This document shows, one piece after another, positions 25,116-32,000 of a DNA stretch of 32,000 bases. The stretch's first letter is position 1, and the number at the start of each line of letters is the position of its first letter. The stretch comes from Candidatus Thorarchaeota archaeon (lineage in GTDB: Archaea; Asgardarchaeota; Thorarchaeia; Thorarchaeales; Thorarchaeaceae), in the NCBI GenBank assembly GCA_003345555.1, contig PRDJ01000050.1:1-32000 (forward strand), given 5' to 3'. The position numbers were made by a program, and so were the translations under genes. The notes under the pieces are model-generated. The model had not been told where the DNA came from. It worked only from the letters and a program-made list of their open reading frames with translations, and did no database searches.

Positions 25116-26506
25116 CTAGTAGTCTTGGTACTCTCTTCGACAGCTCTGCGTATCGCGCTCATTGCTATGCCTGCCAGCTTATCGAGGGATGGTTGAGTTC
25201 TTGCCCCTATGTAGACTCTGGCCTTTGGTTCGGTACCCGAGGGTCTTACGAGCAAATACGAACCATCGGTGCACTCGATTCGTATGCCATCAATATCAAG
25301 TACTCTCTGAACTCCAGTTACTTCTGATAGTAGCATTCTCCGAACGATAGTCATGAATTTCTGTTTCGCATCATCAGGGCATGCTACCTGATCACGCAAT
25401 ACGGGATACTCGGGTATTGCGCTCATCAGCCTGATGCAGCTGTTCTGTCCGACTTCTCCAATCATCTGTGCAAAGCGACCAGCTGCTGCAATGCCGTCCA
25501 TCCAGCCGCCCAAGTCCGTGAATATTGCCTTCCACGGCTCTGAAGCAAAGACAATCGACCGCTGCTTGTCTCTTGCTAATTCCTCTTGAAGCGAGCCAAG
25601 CGGCACTCTGGTGACTTTGCCGCCAACTTTCCCGACCACTTCGTCTATGACGCTGGATGTATCAATTGATGTTACTACCGAGCCGCCGCTCTTCCTCTCC
25701 ACCTCGTCCTTGGCAAATAGGGCGATGACCCTGTTTTGGTCCACGAAACTCCCCTTTTCATCGATGACTGCAAGACGGTCTCCATCACCGTCGTGGCAGA
25801 AGGTTGCTGCGAAATCTGAACCTGCACCGACTTTCATAGTATCAATAAGATTGCCCGGTGAGGGCTCTGGCAATCTTCCTGGAAAGTGGCCGTCAGGATG
25901 TGAATTAATAGTAGTCACAGTGATTCCTAGTTCTCTCAGGAGCTCAGGCGTATATCCCGTAGCAGCGCCATTAGCTAAATCTACTAGAATCTTGGTTCGC
26001 ACCGGTTCTCCCCCTCTAGTGCTGAGGAAGCCCTTGATTCTCTTAAGATACGCTTGCTTGATATCTGTCTCCACGATGCTTCCAATCGCAGTCCAACTGG
26101 CAGTACTGAACTCGCGGTTGAAGACACACGTCTCCAGCCTTTCTTCCTCCGACTTGATGAATTCCCGGCCGTCGGTGAAGAACTTGAACCCGTTGTCTGA
26201 ACCTGGATTATGGCTGGCCGTGATGATTACTGACGCGGAGATGCCAGTCAACGTACTCTGGGCGGCCACAGCCGGCATTGGGGCAACTGACAGGTCAACA
26301 ACGCTCGTACCCGTTGACACCAGCCCGGCGACGAAGGCATTTCTGAGGACTTGTCTTGAGGTTCTGGCATCAGTACCCACTGCCACTGTCCCCCTCCCGC
26401 TGAGGACAGTCCCAAGTCCTCGTCCGAGATTGAGGGCCAGATCAACATTCACCTTATCTGCTATACTGCCGCGAATCCCGCTTGTCCCGAACAGCTTCCT
26501 TTCCAA
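25112..26506 (-). CDS. Alpha-D-phosphohexomutase (GlmM/PMM-PGM family)
   Basis: LFGTSGIRG, ITASHNP (phosphoserine), HDGDGDR (metal loop) and VRPSGTEPKARVY. TTG start after GAGGAGG. Confidence 0.93.
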   Translation of the reverse strand: MERKLFGTSGIRGSIADKVNVDLALNLGRGLGTVLSGRGTVAVGTDARTSRQVLRNAFVAGLVSTGTSVVDLSVAPMPAVAAQSTLTGISASVIITASHNPGSDNGFKFFTDGREFIKSEEERLETCVFNREFSTASWTAIGSIVETDIKQAYLKRIKGFLSTRGGEPVRTKILVDLANGAATGYTPELLRELGITVTTINSHPDGHFPGRLPEPSPGNLIDTMKVGAGSDFAATFCHDGDGDRLAVIDEKGSFVDQNRVIALFAKDEVERKSGGSVVTSIDTSSVIDEVVGKVGGKVTRVPLGSLQEELARDKQRSIVFASEPWKAIFTDLGGWMDGIAAAGRFAQMIGEVGQNSCIRLMSAIPEYPVLRDQVACPDDAKQKFMTIVRRMLLSEVTGVQRVLDIDGIRIECTDGSYLLVRPSGTEPKARVYIGARTQPSLDKLAGIAMSAIRRAVEESTKTTS

Positions 26507-26518
26507 TTCAATGCCTCC

Positions 26519-27499
26519 TCAGCTCTGTGGCAATGCTAAGTCTGCGATGTCTTTCGCGGTCTCGCCGACTCTCAATAGACTGTCCACTACAAACAGATGG
26601 TCTTGCGGATTCTTGTTTTGGCTTCCGATGATATCATCACGCAGCGCCGCCGTATCTGTGATTAGTTTGCCCTCTGCCGTTATTACCCAAGCAACCTTGT
26701 CCGGGTCGAATTTGAAGAGATTGGCCACTGAGACAGAGAGCATCTCCTTCGCCATAGCAGCTATAGGATTGATCTTCCCGACAAGAGATTTCTCAAGTGT
26801 ATGTTTTGTCCTCGCCGCGATATCCGTAGCTAAGTCTGCAATTCTCTCAATGTACTGGGCTGCGAGTCTGAAATCGAGAGCCTCGACAGGAGGCATGCTC
26901 ATTTTCTCTGATATGCTCGGGTACTGGATTGCAGACCTCAATTCACGCACTATCAAGAAGAATAGACGATCCACTTCTTCATCTCTCTGTACAACATCAT
27001 CTGCAAGTTCCTTGAGTCCTCCGAAGTAAGCGTCTACTGCGTCATTGAGCATCCTTGAGGCAATAAGATTCATCCTCTTCATCGCTTTGTTAACCGGAAG
27101 GATAAATGGATCAACAAGACACTGTATCATGACCTGCTGATCATCTTCGTCCGTGACCTCCATCCCCACGAAGCGTTTGATTATCCTCTTTAGCTCCTCT
27201 CTCTGGCTGTTCGTAATTGGCTTTTCACTGACTACTCGAATCTCGTCAAACCCCAGCAGATACGTGCTCGTGATGGCCCACCGCAAGTTGTGCTCCATCT
27301 TGATTGTCGCAGACCTAGTCTCTCCCGCCCTAGGAAACCTAGGATCTATTATAAGGCAGCCATCCTCACGTTCTGCAACGACAACCGGGTCCCCTTTGTT
27401 CAGTTTGTGCCGCAGTATCCATTCCTTTGGAAGTATCACGAGAAAGGAGCTGCCTTCTTTCCCGCCAGTCTGCTGCAGCTTCCTGATGTCATACGGCAT
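26519..27499 (-). CDS. AbrB/SpoVT-PhoU phosphate-uptake regulator (COG0704-like)
   Basis: RKLQQTGG...LPKEWI (AbrB), RDEEVDRLFFLIVR and ERIADLATDIA (PhoU). Confidence 0.9.
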   Translation of the reverse strand: MPYDIRKLQQTGGKEGSSFLVILPKEWILRHKLNKGDPVVVAEREDGCLIIDPRFPRAGETRSATIKMEHNLRWAITSTYLLGFDEIRVVSEKPITNSQREELKRIIKRFVGMEVTDEDDQQVMIQCLVDPFILPVNKAMKRMNLIASRMLNDAVDAYFGGLKELADDVVQRDEEVDRLFFLIVRELRSAIQYPSISEKMSMPPVEALDFRLAAQYIERIADLATDIAARTKHTLEKSLVGKINPIAAMAKEMLSVSVANLFKFDPDKVAWVITAEGKLITDTAALRDDIIGSQNKNPQDHLFVVDSLLRVGETAKDIADLALPQS

Positions 27500-27670
27500 T
27501 AGTCACATCCCCGACTGATTCTGTGGTCTTGCGGCTGACTATCTGTTGCAACCTTATTACGCTTCCCGCAGAGAATACAACTGTGGGTTGTCTAGGGTCC
27601 CACAATACTGGCCACGTGTCTAGATGACTGACTGGTTCTACTTTTCTTCGGAAGAAACTCTTTTGCAATC

Positions 27671-27677
27671 TTTAAAA
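27671..27677 (+). promoter_or_regulatory. BRE/TATA of DP1
   Basis: GCAATC-TTTAAAA about 40 nt upstream of the TTG start. Confidence 0.6.
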
Positions 27678-27712
27678 CGGCTTAATCATGTTCACTCAGA
27701 TGGTGACCAAGC

Positions 27713-29368
27713 TTGTCAGTCCGTCGGGATGTCTTGCAGAGGCTGATCAAATCTGGGTTTCAGGTCACACCAGATGCACTGGAGTACATAATGAACCAAG
27801 AATCGCCGACTCGGGTTGTAGAATCACTCGTGTCCAAGTGGGGGTCCCAAGAGAAGGGCGGAATACTGCTCTCTCTAGAACACGTGCAGTCCTGTGTCAC
27901 CGGCTTAGTCACCTCTCCTGTGAATGGCGAGACAGTCGTCGAAATCATCAAGACCGACAATGAGTCCGCAGTCACGGAAACATTGCAGGAATATGTCTTG
28001 CCGAGCGAAAGCGATAGAGAGTCAATCGAGATACTGAAGAATCCTTCTCCCGCAGCAGTAGGCTCCGCGGGGACCGTGGACGATTTCTTAGCGCTATTCA
28101 CAGACCGGTTTCAACGCATCAAAAGGATGTACATGGCTCGGGTCGACACGCGGGGTGCCGTGTCAATTGATACACTGAAGCAGAAGAAAGATGATACTCG
28201 ACATCAGAAGCGACTGTACAGTGCAGGTGTGCCGGCTGAGCCGCTTCCGAGCTACATGATTATAGGCATGGTGAAGAGCAAGAGCGTATCGCGGTCAGGC
28301 AACGTAGTAGTCGAGCTCGAGGATGCTGAGGGGTCTGTTGCTTGTGTCATTCCCTCGGGCCGGGCGGGTCCCGAAGGGCGCGATTTGCTTGAGAGTGGCA
28401 ATTCGTTACTTCTTGATGAGGTAGTATGCATTTCGGGTCGTGTCGATCAAGACGGCAGAATGATTGCAAACACCGTTGTCTTTCCTGATATTCCACAGAC
28501 TGTCGACCGATTGCGGGCACGACGAGATGTATACGCGGTCTTCATTTCGGATATGCATTATGGTAGCCTTCACTTCTTGGAAGACGAGTTTGACAGATTC
28601 ATAGAATGGATTAGTGGGCGCGATCTACATAGCCCGGCTGACGAGGCGATTGTTGAGAAGACTGAGTATCTTTTCATTGCTGGGGATTTATGCGACGGCG
28701 TAGGTGTATATCCGGGTCAAGAAGAGGACCTAGGCATCAAGAGCATACTTGACCAGTACTCGCGTCTGGCGGATAAGCTGCGTCATGTTCCAGAACGCAT
28801 CAAGATTGTCTGTATACCCGGTAACCACGATGCATGTAGGCAAGCATTACCTAGGCCTCCTATCCCCGAGGCCTTCGCAAGCGAGCTCTACAAATTCGGT
28901 GATAGGATGTTCATGATGGGCGATCCCTGTCAAGTCCGCGTTGAGGGCGTGAATATACTGGTAACGCATGGAGACTCGCTAGATGACTTAACCACCCAGC
29001 TCCCAGGTGTTACCTACGAGAAACCCAATTTGGCGATGAAGGCGCTCCTCAGGAAAAGGCACCTTGCACCTATGTACGGTGGCAAGACAGAGCTGGCTCC
29101 ACTAGCTCGAGATTGGATGGTCATTGATACACCTCCTGACATCGTGCATTTCGGTCATGCTCATCATAATGCTTGTGACAACTACCGAGGAATACAGATC
29201 ATTAACTCGGGCTGTTTCCAGAGACAGACCGATTTCATGAGGAAGCAAGGAATCAAGCCAACACCGGGAATAATTACACTCGTGAATCTGGCGACGCTCA
29301 TGCCGGAGTTGAAATTCTTCTATGACTACGGGGCCCAGCCAAGCGGAGAGAACACAGGCAACCAATGA
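27713..29368 (+). CDS. polB: DNA polymerase D small (3'-5' exonuclease) subunit DP1
   Basis: OB fold plus intact calcineurin-like motifs SDMHYGS, GDLCDG, PGNHD, THGD and FGHAH; INSGCFQRQT. This polB symbol denotes the DP1 subunit, not a family-B polymerase. Confidence 0.95.
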   Translation: MSVRRDVLQRLIKSGFQVTPDALEYIMNQESPTRVVESLVSKWGSQEKGGILLSLEHVQSCVTGLVTSPVNGETVVEIIKTDNESAVTETLQEYVLPSESDRESIEILKNPSPAAVGSAGTVDDFLALFTDRFQRIKRMYMARVDTRGAVSIDTLKQKKDDTRHQKRLYSAGVPAEPLPSYMIIGMVKSKSVSRSGNVVVELEDAEGSVACVIPSGRAGPEGRDLLESGNSLLLDEVVCISGRVDQDGRMIANTVVFPDIPQTVDRLRARRDVYAVFISDMHYGSLHFLEDEFDRFIEWISGRDLHSPADEAIVEKTEYLFIAGDLCDGVGVYPGQEEDLGIKSILDQYSRLADKLRHVPERIKIVCIPGNHDACRQALPRPPIPEAFASELYKFGDRMFMMGDPCQVRVEGVNILVTHGDSLDDLTTQLPGVTYEKPNLAMKALLRKRHLAPMYGGKTELAPLARDWMVIDTPPDIVHFGHAHHNACDNYRGIQIINSGCFQRQTDFMRKQGIKPTPGIITLVNLATLMPELKFFYDYGAQPSGENTGNQ

Positions 29369-29426
29369 AAGCAAAGTGTGCAAGACCGGTATCTGATTGC
29401 CGTGCCTGTTAAGCAACTCCGCTATC

Positions 29427-30674
29427 CTATGCCACCAATTCGCGGGCTATCTTGCTCAATCTGGGGTCTGATTCCATAATACTAGCAATATGCTTCTTGC
29501 CAACTGCCAAACGGATTTTCTTTGTGCGACCGTACCGGCCCTTTGACACCACTGATGTGTTGATCAATCCGAGCATATCGAGTTCACTAATGAGGTCGCT
29601 GATTCTCCTCTGGGTCAATGTGTCGAGAGAAAGCGATTTGGCTATCTCAGAGTACACATTGAAGCATTCACCTGTGTAGATATCCCGTTGTCCCCTGTCA
29701 GTAAGCACGTATACTGAGAATAAGAGAGCCTTTGACTGCATAGGCAGCGTCTTCAGCGTCTCAGTGATAGTATCACGCTCGATAACCTTCTGCGCCTCAC
29801 GCACGTGCTCCTGTGTGACCCTGTCGTCTCCGTTGCGCTCCGCAAGTTCGCCTGCAGTTCTCAGAAGGTCCAGAGCCCTTCGTGCGTCACCGTGCTCCTG
29901 TGCTGCTAGTGCCCCTACGAGGTTTATCACTCCTTCATCCTCGATGATATCATCGTTGAATGCAATCTGTACTCTTTGCTGGAGGATACCCTTCAGCTCC
30001 ACAGCATTGTAGGGCGGGAAAATGACCTCTTCTTCTCCCAGAGTGCTCAGCACTCTTGGGTCGAGCATCTCCTTGAACTTCAAGTCGTTGCTAATGCCGA
30101 TTATAGATATCTTGCTGTTTTCCAGTTCGCTATTCATCCGAGTCAAACCATAGAGAATGTCATTACCTTGAGTAACATCCCGCTTCAATAGACTGTCCAC
30201 TTCGTCCAGCACCACAGTGAGTATGTTGGATTCAGAGTCGAGCTTTCTTTTGAGCAGGTCTCTAATCTCATCCGTTGGCAACCCTGTAAACGGAACTTCT
30301 GATCCATCTGGCATTGTTGCATCTATCTGATCGCATAGGCGCTTGAGCACTCTATAGTTAGTCCCTACTATACGACAATTAACGAAAGCTGTCAGCGGAG
30401 ACCTAACGCCACTCTGGTCAGCCTTCTCTACAAGTAACGACAGAACGTATCGGGCAACTACAGTCTTTCCAGTACCGGTTTTGCCATAGCAGAGGATATT
30501 GGATGGTGGTGCACCTCGCAGGGCAGGCCCAAGAATGGCAGCTATTCTTCTCATCTGCTCCTCTCGATAGGGAATATCATCAGGAACATACGTGGGTCTT
30601 AGTGCACTTCTCTTTCTGAATATGCCCTGACCTTGAAGGAATTTGTCAAAGAGCTTGTCCAAGGGCTTCTCCAA
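29427..30674 (-). CDS. cdc6: Orc1/Cdc6 replication initiator
   Basis: GKTGTGKT (Walker A), VLDEVD (Walker B), ISNDL, HGDARRALDLLR and winged helix SKGRYGRT. Confidence 0.97.
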   Translation of the reverse strand: MEKPLDKLFDKFLQGQGIFRKRSALRPTYVPDDIPYREEQMRRIAAILGPALRGAPPSNILCYGKTGTGKTVVARYVLSLLVEKADQSGVRSPLTAFVNCRIVGTNYRVLKRLCDQIDATMPDGSEVPFTGLPTDEIRDLLKRKLDSESNILTVVLDEVDSLLKRDVTQGNDILYGLTRMNSELENSKISIIGISNDLKFKEMLDPRVLSTLGEEEVIFPPYNAVELKGILQQRVQIAFNDDIIEDEGVINLVGALAAQEHGDARRALDLLRTAGELAERNGDDRVTQEHVREAQKVIERDTITETLKTLPMQSKALLFSVYVLTDRGQRDIYTGECFNVYSEIAKSLSLDTLTQRRISDLISELDMLGLINTSVVSKGRYGRTKKIRLAVGKKHIASIMESDPRLSKIARELVA

Positions 30675-30716
30675 GTCTTATGCTAGCCTCCGCGACAGTT
30701 TACCTCTCGTTCCGCT

Positions 30717-30730
30717 GTTTCCGATGGAAC
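30717..30730 (-). promoter_or_regulatory. ORB-like Orc1/Cdc6 binding site
   Basis: The minus strand reads GTTCCATCGGAAAC, a 12/14 match to the ORB core GTTCCAGTGGAAAC, about 45 nt upstream of cdc6. Confidence 0.65.
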
Positions 30731-30750
30731 CGGTGGAGCGTCTGGAGGAC

Positions 30751-30756
30751 ATAAAA
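30751..30756 (-). promoter_or_regulatory. Probable TATA box of cdc6
   Basis: TTTTAT on the minus strand; the predicted transcription start (about 30725) falls within the ORB-like site. Confidence 0.5.
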
Positions 30757-31107
30757 GACTAGGTATTACCTAGGAACTCCCTTGCGCTATCTGCAGATAC
30801 GATTTCGTGGCGCTCACGTGGTTCACTCAGAGGGAGTGTGATTAGTTCTCAACACAACTCGAACTTTGTTTTCTTCTCTCCATTTCAGGATGGACCGCGG
30901 GAACACGCAGCACTACTCCGTTCACAGATACAACGCGCAAGACGTGGACTTAAATCATGACGAAACCCCATTACCGTGCGGACCCCTACGACTGCGGTCC
31001 AATGCATTTCTCTGAAGTGGCGAGCAAATCCGGGATTATTCTTGCCGACGACGTATCAGCTGTCTCCTCCCGAATTGGTGCCCCCTGAGAACTGGAGTGA
31101 AGTATGA

Positions 31108-31731
31108 ATGCGCTTGAGGGATCTCGAAATGGCTCTGCAATCAATGGAGCGGCTGGATGAACGCGAGGTCAGTCTTGAGAGTTATCCAACTCCCGCGTCG
31201 ATTGCCGCATCGGTCCTGTTCGCCGCTGAGATGGAACACGGTGATATCATAGGCAAGACCGTACTCGATCTCGGATGTGGAGATGGTATCTTCGCAATCG
31301 GCGCGGCATTACTTGGCGCAAGGCACGTTGTCGGGATAGATATCCAAACCAAAGGCTTAAAGGTCTCACAAAGGAACTCGGTTTTGCTCGGGACAGAAGG
31401 CACAACAGACTGGGTTCTCGGGGACGTCACTTCTGTTGAGGTAACAGAACCCATAGATACTGTGGTGAGCAACCCGCCTTTCGGAGTGAAGAAGAGAGGC
31501 GCGGACCTGAAGTTCCTAGGGAAGGCAGTATCCATAGCTGCTGTGACATACAGTATGCATCTCGCGATAGAGAAGAACCGAGAGTTCCTAAAGGGCGCAA
31601 TAGAGGAACTCAATGGAGAAGTGACACAAATAGAAACTTTCCAGTTCCCGATTCCAAGGATTTATGACTTTCACAAGAAGGAAATGCACTTGGTTGCGGT
31701 TGACCTTTACCGCGTATGCAGAAGGGCGTGA
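31108..31731 (+). CDS. METTL5-family methyltransferase (COG2263)
   Basis: LESYPTPA, VLDLGCGDG, VSNPPFG and F.IPRIYDFH. Confidence 0.92.
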   Translation: MRLRDLEMALQSMERLDEREVSLESYPTPASIAASVLFAAEMEHGDIIGKTVLDLGCGDGIFAIGAALLGARHVVGIDIQTKGLKVSQRNSVLLGTEGTTDWVLGDVTSVEVTEPIDTVVSNPPFGVKKRGADLKFLGKAVSIAAVTYSMHLAIEKNREFLKGAIEELNGEVTQIETFQFPIPRIYDFHKKEMHLVAVDLYRVCRRA

Positions 31732-31736
31732 CCCAA

Positions 31737-32000
31737 ATGGCTGATGTGAAGAGCGGCGATGTAGTAGTACCCGGCGATCAATTATGCGTTATTGAGGAGC
31801 TTTCGTCAGGTTTTGGTACGTACGAACAGGATGGTATTGTATATGCGGCTGCTTCAGGAGCAGTACACATTGATCTCAAGGAACGGAGCATAAAGGTCCT
31901 TGAGAAAGATGGCAGCGTGAGAATCGCTCTTCCAATGAAAGGCGACACACTCGTGGGCGAAGTGGTGAACGCCTACGAACAACGTGCCGAGGTTAGTCTG
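31737..32000 (+). CDS. csl4: Exosome cap subunit Csl4, N-terminal 88 aa, runs off the window edge
   Basis: Hand translation: MADVKSGDVVVPGDQLCVIEELSSGFGTYEQDGIVYAAASG...LPMKGDTLVGEV. Follows METTL5 as in the archaeal exosome neighbourhood. Confidence 0.88.
   Translation, partial: MADVKSGDVVVPGDQLCVIEELSSGFGTYEQDGIVYAAASGAVHIDLKERSIKVLEKDGSVRIALPMKGDTLVGEVVNAYEQRAEVSL

Noticed and set aside
25611-27029. 472-aa plus-strand ORF
   Set aside because: Antisense shadow of the phosphohexomutase and PhoU genes; Ser/Thr/Leu-rich with no motifs.
30773-30960. RNase P RNA-like fragments (AGGAACTCC and ACGTGGACTTA)
   Set aside because: The two segments cannot form the P4 helix, and the GAGGAA(A/G)GUCC signature is absent on both strands.
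1-32000. Mobile elements, CRISPR arrays, defence islands
   Set aside because: No transposase, integrase or cas ORF, no regularly spaced repeats and no integrase next to either tRNA. NurA-HerA looks like the housekeeping type rather than a Sir2- or DUF4297-HerA defence pair.

Overview
A gene-dense archaeal core-genome window. The Roadblock/MglA-like GTPase operon, FAU-1, PolD DP1 and a split Kae1/Bud32 point to an Asgard archaeon, probably Thorarchaeia-like (inference, no search run). It holds mostly information-processing genes: two intron-containing tRNAs (Pro-GGG with a canonical 37/38 intron; Leu-TAG with a non-canonical 30/31 intron), thpR, trm11, a GPN GTPase, an XRE regulator, an HD hydrolase, pyrG-nurA-herA, DUF460, Lsm, kae1-bud32, rps15-DHH(GAN-like)-pcc1, FAU-1, rps3Ae, a phosphohexomutase, a PhoU-type regulator, DP1, cdc6/orc1, METTL5 and csl4. 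Four coding regions missing from the ORF track were found by hand: a partial HDAC-family gene, a CTG-initiated ArsR regulator, a 55-aa zinc ribbon and partial csl4. The best leads are (1) a three-gene operon of tandem Roadblock, a possibly DENN-like protein and an MglA-like GTPase, (2) a catalytically dead GAN/Cdc45-like DHH protein, (3) the 30/31 tRNA intron and (4) a candidate replication origin upstream of cdc6. No transposase, integrase or CRISPR array was seen.
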